A DNA stretch of 63,932 bases, the filler included, from Vannella sp. (lineage: Eukaryota): assembly GCA_023345925.1 (NCBI GenBank). It is 6 parts of 6 records of this genome, joined end to end, with 100 filler letters (N's around TTAATTAATTAA, not from the genome) between each part and the next. Parts side by side here need not be neighbours in the genome. Positions count along the whole stretch, not along the records: positions 43,466 to 52,791 come from JAJQQN010001146.1; positions 52,892 to 61,496 come from JAJQQN010001312.1; 4 more parts are not named here. The stretch is one strand, 5' to 3'. Positions 45,348 to 57,600 of this stretch are shown here, piece after piece. The notes below the pieces were generated by a model. The model saw nothing but the letters and a program-made list of their open reading frames with translations. It had not been told where the DNA came from and searched no databases. A program made the translations under genes and the position numbers. Position 1 is the stretch's first letter. Each line of letters opens with the position of its first letter.

Positions 45348-47528
45348 CTACTTGCCTTGATGGGCCTGCTCTAACTGTTCTTGAAGATGACTCACAAGAG
45401 ATTCTAATTCTGCAATTTTTCGCTGTTGGTCGCTGGTTTCGGTCCGGTGCTTCTCTAAGAGCTCTTCATACATTGATTTGAACGTAGCAGTGTTGTCTTC
45501 TTCAATCTTACGCCTGATCTGCTCGGTCTTAAGCATGGATTGAAGTTTTTCCACTTCGGCAGAAGATTTGCTGGGACTGAGTTCACTGCGTTGCTCTCCA
45601 ATACGAGCGAGCAAGGGATTCTTGGACCTCTTCTTCTCTTCCAAGGGAACCAGTGTTATCGTTCTAGAGCGCATGTTGGGTGCCGCAGGCTTCGCACTTG
45701 GGTGTGGTGCAGCTTCGATGAGCCTCTCCAGCTGTCTCTTTAACTTTTTCTTTTGCAAAGCGTCTTTGCATTGGACTGTAAACTCCAGACCTTCGCATTT
45801 CATCACAAACACGTTCAAAGGGATGAGTTTGGCAGTACTTCCAGAGGTAGTCCCATCTATTGGAGCCGTTCCTGGTGAGTCAGCTCGAGGGGATTGGGGC
45901 TTTGAGGAATCGACATCGAGCTGAGTGTCATGAAGAGCCAATGCATGAAGGATTGTGTACTCCGGTGCGCCCTGCTTCCTGGTGTGTATCTTCTGGTCCA
46001 CAGGAGTCTGTCTGCAGATGAGAAGAAAGTGATTAAACATGTACAAGTTGCGAATCTCTCCGTTGATGATCAGATATTGCTTTGAAATGAACTCATGTGC
46101 GGGATTTAGAGTGATTTCTCGATATTCTGAGCCATTTGTCAATTCCATATTAATTTCGGCCAGTTTGGTGAGATTCTCGACTTGCTTGACCTTCAAGTTT
46201 ACACTATCAACGCTTTGGCATATCAATTGATAGCCAGACTGAAGTGATTCCATCTCAGGGGAACTATCTGAAGTCAGTTTGACTAGCTCCCTGAGGAGGA
46301 GAGGGTATTTGCAGAGCCTTTGAAGAGGCCTAATGAGGAAGGACTTTAAGTCTTGCTTTTGGCAAGCGGGATTGCGGTAGGCAGCACGGAGGAAGGCACC
46401 AAACTTTGGTATTTCTTTGTACTCGTCATAGAGGGAGTCAATAGTGGGTTGGTTGGAGCAGTAAGTGGAATAGATGGGTAGCATTAGAGGTGCATGGAAG
46501 GAAAAGATCTGTCCTGCCCACTGAGCAAACATAGGGATGACGCCTGAGTCCTCTTGACCCAAGGTCAATGCCATTTCAAGATCCCTTAAGAGCTTCTGGC
46601 TGCATTGGAGGACTTGCTCAAGATTGGAGAACAAAGAGGAAGTTTGGAACCCAGAGAGAAGGTCCCTTTCACGCACAGGAACGAGAAAATGGTCGCAGAC
46701 CATCTTCATCTTCTCCTCGAACTCCCTTTCCGTCTCCACCATCTCCCTGAACACTGCGAGGAGGTTCTTACGTGTAGATTGGTCAATGGGAGCGATGGCC
46801 CTCTCACCACGCACCACTGTGTACTTGAACCGGAAGCTAGCACGAGGAGAAAGCTCCTTTGGAAGTTCTGGTGCTCCCAGCTGGATCCTACGGAGTTCAT
46901 TAAGCGTATCACGATCCTCTGGCGTCATGTTTGCAAAGTTGAGTGGATCAAACTCTTCAGGCCCATCAGAGGAACGCCGGGGAGAAAACTGGATGTCCTT
47001 AACGGACATCCGCTTAGTTTTGTTAGAAGTAGAGCCTCCATCGCGCATACTAAAGAATCGTGGAGTCACAGCCGTACTCTCTTCTCCCTCTAAGTGATCA
47101 GCAGCAACGGTAACCGGCTTGTCCTCCTTCATGTCACCGAGATCTCTTAGCTTCCTCCGGCTTAGACCCTTTTGGAGTGTACTAGAGGCTCTACGACTGA
47201 GGGATTTGGCAGGCGAACGGTCTCGTTCTGTACTTGGCGTCTCCTCCGTTGAGTTTGAAGTGCGAAAGGTTTGGATCATCTGGGAGCTCGACGCTGAGAG
47301 GAAGCCCATCAAGCTTGGCTTCCTGTCCTTTGAATCTGACCGTGTTCTTCCTATCGTACCAGAGAACGGCCTCTTCAATGAAGCGCCCCCCTTCGAGGGA
47401 GAAGGGAGCGAAGCATCCGGGACAGCTTGCGCCTCTTCACTCGGTAGCTCTGATAAAGAACTGCCATTGGTAGGAGGGAAGGATACGATCCTTGCCTGCT
47501 TCGTATCGGAGCCTTTCCTCTCCTCCAT
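45348..47528 (-). CDS. DH-PH RhoGEF with C-terminal coiled coil
   Basis: EMVETEREF, LFSNLEQV, YSTYCSNQ, DLKSFLIRPLQRLCKYPLLLRELVK; PH RNLYMFNHFLLIC. Confidence 0.92.
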   Translation of the reverse strand: MEERKGSDTKQARIVSFPPTNGSSLSELPSEEAQAVPDASLPSPSKGGASLKRPFSGTIGRTRSDSKDRKPSLMGFLSASSSQMIQTFRTSNSTEETPSTERDRSPAKSLSRRASSTLQKGLSRRKLRDLGDMKEDKPVTVAADHLEGEESTAVTPRFFSMRDGGSTSNKTKRMSVKDIQFSPRRSSDGPEEFDPLNFANMTPEDRDTLNELRRIQLGAPELPKELSPRASFRFKYTVVRGERAIAPIDQSTRKNLLAVFREMVETEREFEEKMKMVCDHFLVPVRERDLLSGFQTSSLFSNLEQVLQCSQKLLRDLEMALTLGQEDSGVIPMFAQWAGQIFSFHAPLMLPIYSTYCSNQPTIDSLYDEYKEIPKFGAFLRAAYRNPACQKQDLKSFLIRPLQRLCKYPLLLRELVKLTSDSSPEMESLQSGYQLICQSVDSVNLKVKQVENLTKLAEINMELTNGSEYREITLNPAHEFISKQYLIINGEIRNLYMFNHFLLICRQTPVDQKIHTRKQGAPEYTILHALALHDTQLDVDSSKPQSPRADSPGTAPIDGTTSGSTAKLIPLNVFVMKCEGLEFTVQCKDALQKKKLKRQLERLIEAAPHPSAKPAAPNMRSRTITLVPLEEKKRSKNPLLARIGEQRSELSPSKSSAEVEKLQSMLKTEQIRRKIEEDNTATFKSMYEELLEKHRTETSDQQRKIAELESLVSHLQEQLEQAHQGK

Positions 47529-47630
47529 TACGGCCGTGGAAAGAATGGTCAGTTTGATGGACTTGCCCACTCCCAGGAATAAACCCGATGGCAAAGAATT
47601 AAATTGCGGATCAATTGAATTGGGTTGGAA

Positions 47631-48785
47631 TTAACGAGAGTCGCACGAGTTCAGAAAGATGACAAACGTTTCAGCTATTTTGGCCGCTGCTGGGGGGTTA
47701 GTTTGGGCCAATTTAAGGAACAAACGGCGTTGGCGGCGGAGCTCGGACATGCCAATGGGTCGGCGAAGAAGAATCTTGGCGGAAGTCTCTGGCACAGGAA
47801 TGTTGTCACCCGGCAGGGCGGTTGCTTGAGCTTCCAAAATGGCACTAATCACTGCTTGAGTGATGCGATCTAACTCATGAACAAAGTTGGTGCTCTCTAG
47901 CTTTTGCTGGAGAGCGAAAGGTGAGATGAATCCAAACTATTTCACTTTTGCCTTACTGCTTGGGTAGCAAGATTAGGTCTGGGTGCGACGCTATGGAAGA
48001 TTGCTTGGTTGATATCTTCTAGCACCTGGAGGTTTGGAAAGTACTTGTACTCTGAGGAGTGAGGTGGAGAAGGAGACTCTTTTGAATCGTTGGAGAGGAA
48101 ATCCTCCAGGAACACTTCGTGAGACTCTGGATCTCCTTCTCTAGCCGGCTGCTTCATTTCGATAGGTTTGACGACGAAAAGCGGCGCATCCCAACGCGCT
48201 TTACCGTTTGGAGCTTCAAAGCGAAATGCGAGTTCGTCCATCCTGAGCATTATTCAGTCCTCATTCAAGCAGTGCTTGGCTAGCCATATCCTACATGTGT
48301 TCAGGGAAGGTGTCCTTTGTTTCGGGACTTCTCCACTCCTTGCAAAGCTCGATTGGTGTGTCCACCCACACCTGATCACCCAAAGAGTCAGTCTTTCGGC
48401 CTTCTTAAGGGAGAGGCTGCCTTCTTACAACGCAGTGAGGTGACGACTGTGCTTTAGATATACAGTGGAGCTCGTATCGGAAGCCTTTGATGTAGTTGAG
48501 GGAGTCAATCACAACCAGCGAGTCTTTTGTAAGCCATCGATCGACCTCACTCTTCAGTAGTCCACGAGTATCCTTCTCCTGCTTCGAGTCTTCCCAGATC
48601 CCTTGAGAGAGGAGCTAGTCAAGCGCAAAGTCCTCACCTTTGTAAGCCTTCGCACGTTCCAGTGAATCTTCGGAGATCAGCTTCACCACTGTGTTTGGGT
48701 GCTTCTCCGAGAGATACTTGATCAATTCAACAGCTCTCACCGACTTCCCAGAGTTGGGGAAGCCACACATGACCACCAACGGCAT
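47631..48785 (-). CDS. KTI12: KTI12, Elongator-associated P-loop protein, multi-exon
   Basis: MPLVVMCGFPNSGKS, DSLNYIKGFRYELHC, RFEAPNGKARWDAPLF, NFVHELDRITQ, ELRRQRRLFL. Confidence 0.95.
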
Positions 48786-48865
48786 GGAACGAGGAAATGG
48801 TGAAATGCAAGGGAAATGCAAGGGAAATGCGAAGGAAATGCGACTGTGCGTCAAAAGGATGATTC

Positions 48866-51800
48866 TTATTGTTGAGCTTTGTCTGCTTGGAGTTTCTGCT
48901 GGATAGCGAGTTGGTTTAATTGAGCCAACGCGCTGCGTTCCTCTTCTGAGAGAGAACCAAGCAGTTGGTTGAAAAGAGCTCCTTCGCGCTGTTGGAAGTC
49001 TGGAAAACACGTTATTCTCGTGCGAGTGAGTGACATAGAAGAGGCGTACCCTGAAGAGATTCGAGGAAATAAACGCTCTCGAGAATGGGATCAATCGTGG
49101 TGGTCACTTCGTCTTCATCTTCGAGCTCATCTGGATCGTCGTCATCTCCCCAACCTTCCATCTGGCATCGAGTGAGATAAGCTTTAGCACTCAGACAGAA
49201 AGACACCCTCTTACGTCAGGATCAAAGTCATCCAAGTCACAGTCGGAGTTATCTTCATCTTGGACCCCAACAGCTTTAGACTTTTCCAAATGCCCGCGAA
49301 TCACTGATGCCAAGGCTTCATCAGCAAATGTGAATTCTTTGGCTTCGTCATCGACAAGAGAAGCTGAAGAAAATGGTGAGGAGATTGAATCAAAGGTGTG
49401 GAACAAATCACCTTTTTGTTGGCGGTGCTCCGCTGCATCGTGGATCAATTTGACGCAAGAGAGGAGAATAGTCTTGGCAGAGCTTTGAATTTCTGCTGGC
49501 CATTGCTGAGCGGGAAGGCGGAAGATCGCAGCCAAACCAAGAACAGTTACTTTACGGTCGTAAACACGTGAAAAATGTTCGAAAGTGTTGAACCAAGCGC
49601 CGAATACCTTCCCCATCAAGCCTTTCTTATTCAGGATCTGCAAGGTCAACCCAGCATTGTAGTAGAGGAGGTTGGCAACCTGAAACTAAGTGAGTAGAGC
49701 AGCAATAATCAATCGAGTGGAACAGACCGTGTTATAGAGCACGGTTGGAAGTGCCAATCCAGAGAAGGGATGATCAAAGCGAGCCAGAGTGACTTCGAGA
49801 ATGCCTTCTACGAGATGATCACCAGTTCCGTGGCAGTTCTGGATGGCTAATTCGAATATCTGGCAAGCACTGATCTGCAGAGTAGAGACAAAATCGTCTG
49901 GAGGCAATCTCAGAACTTTCTCAGCCATCTGACAGAGGAGAACCATGTATCCACTCTTGGCGAAGGTCTCTGAGTCGGATGTGACGATATTATCGATGGA
50001 AATCAAGATATCTTGCTTGCTCTGTTAGTTTTGTTTCATGGACCAATAAATGAGCTCACTTGGAAGGAAGTCCATTCCCCAGGTTGCATAAATCTCACAA
50101 AAGTGAGGCACAAACTCCCATACTTGCGCAGAGACAGTGGCACTGTAGCTAGCAAAACAAGAGACGATTCGGGAAAAGTCTTCGAAGTACTCGATGTTGG
50201 CGTGGGTTGTGAGAGCCTTCATTTGCGGTAGAACAATCGACTCCAGCTTTGGGTATAGCTCAGGTGTTTCTTGGACTGATGCCAAAACCACCAGAATGGC
50301 TTTGAGACACTCCAAAGCAGCTAATCCAGTACTTTCATCATCTTCTTGTTGAGCTATGCGCAAGAAAGAGGCCCACTAGAGAGGGTTATTAAAAAATCAA
50401 ATTGCGTGTTGCGTTACTCACCAAATTAAAGACCAAAGACAATGCGTGGGGCCCAATGTGGTCTTGGTACTTGAAGATGATGTACTCCAAAGAAGCAATG
50501 AGCTCGTCACAATCGATCTCAGACTGCAACTTCAGGAACACTATTTTCCTGTTAGACAGATCCAGATAACAAAATAGCTATTTTCCTACACTCTAGGACA
50601 CCTCCTAGATTCGGGAGAATCAAAGACTCGGTCAGAGGGTTCGCCGCGACAAACTTAAGCCCAATTCCAGCAGATGCTCGAACAGGGAGGTCGGAATCCA
50701 GCATACAAGCCAGAGTTTGCTGAACGCATCTCGAGAAGATTTCCTTGTTCTGGAAGGAAAGGTCGGCGTACAAGCAGAAAGTAAAGCAGGCCCGGGCCCG
50801 CATGAATCCGTGAGTGCTGCTCATCTCTGGGAGGACATGCACTCCAATAAAGTGCTCCAAATTAGCACAGAACTCCTGTCAAAAGCATTAGGATCCGATT
50901 CATTCGGCCTTCTGTCAAAAGTCGCACCGGAATCTGCTTCAGCTTGGCAGCAAGTGTGTTGAAGGCAGTTAGTGCAGCATACTTCTCTTGGAAGTTGCCA
51001 TTTGCACCTGCTTGTTGATAAGCGTTGAGCTTTCCAATAACGTATTCTACGAATGCAAAGAGGTGCTTCTTGCTGCGGTGAGTAGCCAGTTCATAGAGGA
51101 AGTCTAATGCTGCAGTCTTGGGGCTGTAGTCGTCCCGAAGAATATCTAAATGATGTCCTTTCAGTGGACAACCCCTCTTCTGTCCGATCTCCCTCACCGT
51201 GCTCTCTTCGGATGTATTCCTCTGGATCTGAGTCCCAAATATCTTGGTCCTCCTCAGTGAAATAAAGAGCTCGCATAAGTATGCTCTCGAGTAGCTGTGG
51301 AATGAGTGGTGCAAGAGCTTGATAGGTATTGGCCAAGCGGATCCTAACATCAAAAGATTAGCAAACGGGAGCAACGCTGGCGACCAAACTTACGACTTGG
51401 TAAGGAACATGAATCCATATGCAATAACCCTGGGAGGCAGATACGCGCCAGTGGAAAGGTGAGCGAGCTCCTTAAGGATGACATCTTGAACCGGCACAGA
51501 ATACTTGTCCTTGAAGCTCGTGGTGAAGCGTATGGTCTCGTCGTCATCTTCAATAGTGCGGATGAGCTTGTCGCAGATCTGAATGCTCCACTTCTTTGCC
51601 TTCCACCAAGGGTTACTCTTGTAGATCTCCCCACCAGATAATCCGGGGGTGGGAGCCACCGCCTTCGCCAGGAGGGCCATGAATAAGCGAAGCCACCTGA
51701 AGAACACGTCTTCGTTGCACAGGTAAGCAGGAATGCCATACTGAGCTCTTATGTGAGTGGGAGGGGCAGCCGGGGAGGGAACTCACTGAGATCGAGGAGT

Positions 51801-52610
51801 GGAAGATCTTGCACAAGATCAGCTGGATCTCAGCCGAGAACTGACTATCCGCACTGACGTGCACGCCTTCGAAGATCTGTAGCATCGCTGGGAATAGCTC
51901 GTTGATGATCTTGTTGAAGATCTTCTTCTTTCCGCTCTGGAACCTACCAAGAGGCCTCTAGTGAGTACCACAAGAAAGAGTAAGAAGAATCCGTACTCGA
52001 ATCTCTCACAGAGAAGACGAGCGCAGTACAGGCCCGCGTAGATCATGTTCGGGTCATTGGACTGAAGACGTTCGCGAATCTCAGCCAATAAGTTGGGCCA
52101 GTGATCAGGAAAGTCAGCGTGTGCCACAGTGGCGAACACCACACCAAGTTGCGCGCTGTTAAACCCGAGGTTTGAGCCCTTTCGTCATTGATCATGGGGA
52201 TGACTTACCGAAGGGTAGAAGTGGATGCAACCATAGCATCGATGAGGTGAGAACGTACAAATGACTGTTCTTCTTCAGTGTAGGAGCTCCCAATTCTGGT
52301 CCGTGAACTGGTGGCTGGGTCGAGCTTGAAACGGGCCCAATTGCCGAGGACTTCGTTCTTCAGAGTAATAGCTCCATTGAGACGGATCTCTGCGGGTAGA
52401 TCGTTGGCCAAGGTCACTCGAAACAAGTTTGCGATGGCTCCTTGTTGCTTCAACACCTTTTTCCCAGTTCAGAGATCAGTCTCAACAAGATGGTCGCCCT
52501 GTCCCACCCACCTTCTTCAAAGCATCTTCTGCTTGTTCCCGCACACTCAACTCTGGATGCAAACAACCACCAAGCACTTCCACCAAGAAGGAGAGCATGG
52601 AGACCTCCAT
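48866..52610 (-). CDS. IPO7: Importin-7/8 family karyopherin, many exons
   Basis: VREQAEDALKK, ADFPDHWP, NPWWKAKKW, WDSDPEEYIR, GFMRARAC, DLPVRASA, YDRKVTVLGL, acidic C-terminal loop. Confidence 0.88.
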
Positions 52611-52680
52611 CAAGGCACCAGAGAAAATCAACGAAACATAATTATTTGATCCATTAAACAACGTTGCAGATGTCCTTCTT

Positions 52681-52791
52681 GAGAAAATCCACGATAGTCC
52701 CAAAACTCGAGCTTGCGCACGTGAGGAGCGTCTGATGACCTCCATCTCTTCAGGATAAGGACAAAACCCATGATGAGGACCAAAAGAGAAC
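52681..52791 (-). repeat. Copy C of the dispersed structured intergenic element (core 52732-52759), cut by the contig end
   Basis: Core identical to 10943-10970; GAGAAAATCCACGA, CCAAAACTCG.G.TTGCG and GAGGACCAAA blocks. Confidence 0.9.
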
Positions 52792-52891
52792 NNNNNNNNN
52801 NNNNNNNNNNNNNNNNNNNNNNNNNNNNNNNNNNNTTAATTAATTAANNNNNNNNNNNNNNNNNNNNNNNNNNNNNNNNNNNNNNNNNNNN
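52792..52891. other. Artificial contig linker
   Basis: N run with TTAATTAATTAA. Confidence 0.97.
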
Positions 52892-52892
52892 A

Positions 52893-53756
52893 CATTCAAC
52901 CAGCATAGCCCTCATCTCGTCCAAGAGGAAAGCCAAAGTCTTTGCCTCCTCTTCCATCCCCAGAAACTGTGGACAAAATCTTCCCAAAGTTAATGTGGAC
53001 ACTAAATCCATAAATGCCGGATCTACAGTGAACTCTCAATCCTCAACATTCAGAAGGTGTCCATTGTTGATTTCTGCAAACCGGCTGTCACATTTTGTGA
53101 AGACCAATTAGAATGCGTTATATTGATTGAATCATGGGAAACGAGTTCACGTCAACCGGTTAATCATCTTTCCGAGGTCGGTTGGAATGTTCTCCAGTTC
53201 AGGTGCAACCAGCTTTATTCAGCAAGATTCTGTAGAGGCTATAAAGTCCATCGGGGAGTTCATGCATCGGAATGAGGACACTTGTCAAAAGGGCTTCTCC
53301 TTGCGAGGTGTTCTCGTTTCCCTCCTGCGAAAATGCCTCCAGTTGGAGCCTTCCCTGCAAGTAGCAGAGTTTCTTGGAGCATTCAAGCCTTCCATCTACG
53401 ACCCAACAAGTGAGCCTTCTTTGCTTCAAGCCCCACAACAACACTTGTCCGACAGCAGGTTCACAATGATCTCAGAAGCACGCAACATCTTCTGCTGGTT
53501 CATGAGATTCTCCTTCCACGATGGTATCAGAGAAATGTGCGGCTTTGTGCTCGATTCTCCGACTGGGAAGAAGACCTTGCTCGATTGCTACGTTCAAGGG
53601 GAGACGGTGATCCTTAATGACGAACGTCTCCTGCCCTTCATGCACTCCACTGCATGGGATGGAGGCGGGAAATCATTCTCTTCCTTTCAAGACACACCAA
53701 ACCGGGACCGGGGACTTCTTTTGAGGAGAGCAATAGCGAATTCTTTCATCTCCTGA
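52893..53756 (+). CDS. Hypothetical protein, 5' truncated, probably spliced
   Basis: Open frame from the contig edge and a 209-aa terminal ORF; no recognised motif. Confidence 0.45.
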
Positions 53757-53770
53757 ATAACATTGGTCTC

Positions 53771-54247
53771 ATGGTAAGCTTTCAAAGCTGGCTTTCGCGA
53801 AACAAGCCGAACCCAAAGCCCCAAAGAGTGCCAATCCACTCGAAACCTTCAAAAAAGAAGAAATCATCTTCAAAAAAGTCCAACCAAGCCCCTGCTGCAC
53901 CGTTGTTGGATCTAAGACTCTCACATAATATCCGCCTAGGCAATGAAGCTAATAATCAAGTGATGAGCGTCAACTGTCCGAAGGAGTTCACCTGTTTCAT
54001 TCTCGACGGAGCAGGCAAGCAAATCTCCTTTAATTCCTGCAGAACTGAATGGGAAGTTTGTGAACTTTCGGGCCGGCGCATTCACAAAGGTCTACCCGAA
54101 GTTCAACCTCAGAATGTCAATTCCGCAAGATTCGTTGTTCCAGAGTTTCTGGCGATCGGAGAGTTCCGTCTGAGGATTCTCGTCTTTCCTCGCAAAAAAG
54201 GCAAGAAGAGTCTGGCCAAGAAAGTGTTTATCTTGAATGTCATCTAA
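53771..54247 (+). CDS. Hypothetical Lys-rich protein, possibly part of the upstream gene
   Basis: ORF with KPSKKKKSSSKK followed by a beta-rich region. Confidence 0.45.
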   Translation: MVSFQSWLSRNKPNPKPQRVPIHSKPSKKKKSSSKKSNQAPAAPLLDLRLSHNIRLGNEANNQVMSVNCPKEFTCFILDGAGKQISFNSCRTEWEVCELSGRRIHKGLPEVQPQNVNSARFVVPEFLAIGEFRLRILVFPRKKGKKSLAKKVFILNVI

Positions 54248-54679
54248 GGAGGTTCAACGGTGCATGATCAAACCAATTCTTAGTCGTCTGCTTACATTGA
54301 AAGGTGATAAATTGTTTCCGTAAGGCTGCCCACAGAATGGGAGGCGTGGACATGGTTGTAGCAAGGCAATGGAGTTGAATTATGAGGGACTTAACTCTTC
54401 AAGAAGAGCCTAACTTGAGAAGTCAAGAGGAAACCCTTTCCTGTCCCGGAGAAAATGAGAAAGAAATTGAATATAACAGAACACCCTTCTGTCCGTCTCC
54501 ACTTCCTTAAAAGTGAACCACATCTCCGCTAAACTTCATACAGTTGCTCCTGTCACGACAAGAGCAAGATAGCACGTAGTTCGCCAACTGCTCAGGCCAA
54601 TTTGAGTCATTTTGACCATAAGGTAACTGGTTCAACACAAAGAACGTTTACATAAAGATAAGTAGAGTGAGTGACCTTC

Positions 54680-57600
54680 CTACATGTCAATTTCGATGAC
54701 GACCCCCTGGTTTTTGGCTCTTACTCGGATCAGTCTGATCCTGACCTCAATGAAAAAGACAGACACTAGTACAATGCAAATAGCGAGAGCAATTAGACCC
54801 ATACTGAGGTAGGGTAGAATGTAGTCCGGGGTGGATGTGCTACAAGGATCATCCCGCCCCCCTTTGGCCTGCCCGCTCAACAAGATAGCAAAGTTAGTGA
54901 AGTGTGAAGTCACTCCGCATGACGATCCGTTGGAAGATTTCAAACACTGGTCCTCACACACCCATCTTCCTCGAGTGTCTTCGTAACCAAGGCATATTCC
55001 CTGAAGTACAATTGAGTTCAGGCAGTTCCCGTACCCTTTTCTTCAACCTACTTTGGTGGGAGCTCCTTGATTGGTCTGGAGACAGATTTCCACACTTCCT
55101 GAGGGTTGCACCTCAGCTCCATTGGGGGCTGTGAGATTGATAGAAAGAATGGAATTGGAGAGCACACTTCCATTGTTTTGGATGCTTGCTGGATTGATCG
55201 TTGCCACATTGATAGTTACACCTTCCGGAATACTATTCGAAGTGTCCTGGGGGAAAGTGATGCTCCCTACCAAGGTCCCATCCAAGTCGGTGATCTCAAT
55301 GGATGCACCCCCAAGAGACGCTGAGCGGCTAACTTGGCACTTGAAACAAGACAAAGAGATCGAAGGACTCTCTGTGGGACTGGTACTCGCAAAAGGACTC
55401 TCTGAGAGAAAAGAGGGCGGACTCTCTGTGGGACTGGTACTTGCCAAAGGACTCTCTGAGAGGATGGAGGACGGACTCTCTGAGAGGATGGAGGACGGAC
55501 TCTCTGTGGGACTGGCACTTGCCAAAGGACTCTCTGAGAGAATGGAGGACGGACTCTCTCGAATCTGAATTGACTCTAAACGGAAATTAGACCCAGAAGA
55601 GGTCTTTGATCGCGAACCAGTGCTCGAAGGAAATGGGGTTGGAGTCTCCACACTACTTAAGTTTGGGCTTTCTGAAGAAGTCTCAGATTGGCTAGAAGAG
55701 GAAGTTAAACTAGCAGAGGTAGATTCTGATCCGCTGGAACTGGCACTTTCACTGGAACTTGCAGAAAAGGAAAATGACCCACTTTGGGAAAGTGATACTG
55801 ATGCAGTGACACTACCACTTGAAGAAAGTGATACAGATGCACTTCCACTTTCACTTGAAGAAGGTGATACAAATGCAGTAACGCTTTCACTTGAGGAAGG
55901 TGAAACTGACGCACTTGAGGAAGGTGATACCGATGCAGTAACGCTTCCACTGGAAGAAAGTGATACAGTAACACTTTCACTTGAAGAAGGTGATGCAGTA
56001 ACGCTTCCACTTGAAGAAGGTGATACAGATGCAGTAGCACTTTCACTTGAAGAAGGTGAAACAGATGCAGTAACGCTTTCGCTTGAGGAAGATGAAACTG
56101 ACGCACTCTTGCTTTCACTTGAGGAAGGTGACACTGATGCAGTCACGCTTCCACTTGAAGAAAGTGATACAGATGCAGTCACGCTTTCACTCGAGGAAGT
56201 TGAAAGTGACGCAGTAACACTTTCACTTGAAGAAGGTGATGCTGACGTAGTAACGCTTTCACTTGAGGAAGGTGAAACAGATGCAGTAACACTGCCACTT
56301 GAAGAAGGTGATACCGATGCAGTTATGCTTCCACTTGAAGAGAGCGACACTGATACAGTAACACTTCCACTGGGAGAAGATGATACTGATCTACTAGCAC
56401 TCCCACTTCGAGAAGGTGATACAGATGCGCTCGCACTCCCACTTCTAGAAGATGAACCCGATTCACTGACACTTTCAGTGGGAGAAGAAGATTCCGATCC
56501 ACTTGTGCTTTCACTTGAAGTCCTGGAGACTGTTCCACTTGTGCTTGGAGATTCAGAATTACTGGAAGTTACTGATTCTGAAGGACTACAAGTTTCGGAA
56601 GTAGTTCCAGAACCTGATTGACTGGCCGATGGCGAAGTGGTTTCAGAAGGAGTACCTGACACAGTTGAACTGGTTGTTTCAGTAGAAGTAGGAGAGGCTG
56701 ATGGAGAAGATGTTTCAGTGGTTGATCCAGTTTCTGTGGCACTAGCAGACATTGAAGAGCTTTCAGAGGGCGTTGGTGTACAAGATGAGGATGAAGAACT
56801 TGTAGATGATTGGCTCACTGTTGCAGAAGGCGTCTGTGACGGGGAGCTTGTCAGTGTAGAGGAGCCTGTTTCAGAAGCAGTACTTGACGCCGTGGGGCTT
56901 CCAGTTTCTGATGAAGAAGTAGAGCCAGAGGCAGTTGGTGTTTCAGTCTCGGAGGGAGTCTCAGAAGAAGATTCTGTGATAGATGGGGAAGCAGTGGAGG
57001 ACAGCGATTGAGTCTCAGTTACAGTCACAGAGGAAGACAGAGAGACCGAAGTTGTTGGCGTTTCCGAAGGAGTTTCACTAGGAGACGGAGATGGCGTTCG
57101 CGATTTAGAGCACCTCGAAAGATAGTCATTGGAAGAGAACTGCTTCACATCAAGTGAATATTCTACTCTGCCTGCTTCTGCCTCCGTTGAATTTTCATAC
57201 GGTACTCCATACTGGCCTCTCGCTCCTTGGGTAACTTGAATGTTATAGGTTCCATTAACGGCGGATGTGCCAAAATAGCCTCCTCCTCCACCACCTCCAC
57301 CACCATGATTATTTCCAACAGATACGCCATCCCCTCCGTTAAGGATCCATTTGAAGCGAGCAGGATCGAATTGACTCTGGTTATTGCATAATATGACAGC
57401 CGACCCTCCTGCGCCCCCTTTTGTGGAATGAGATAACAGGCGAAGCCACAGAATGAATGCTAACCTCCAGGTCCTCCCTCGTTAAAGTTGATACCTGACG
57501 TTCTCGACCGCCCACTAACATCTATGATTGGTGGGTCCAAATCTTGGATGTTAATTGGTACAATCTCGGTAAGAGCATGGAGATAAAGTAAACCTCCTCC

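Noticed and set aside
27781..48785. SEPSECS and KTI12 (a PSTK relative) as a selenium gene cluster
   Set aside because: They are on different contigs, and the protein has KTI12-specific motifs.
55620..57011. Acidic repeat ORFs on +, and the GTGF ORF at 12912-13256 on -
   Set aside because: Antisense shadows of Ser-rich and Pro-rich coding repeats.
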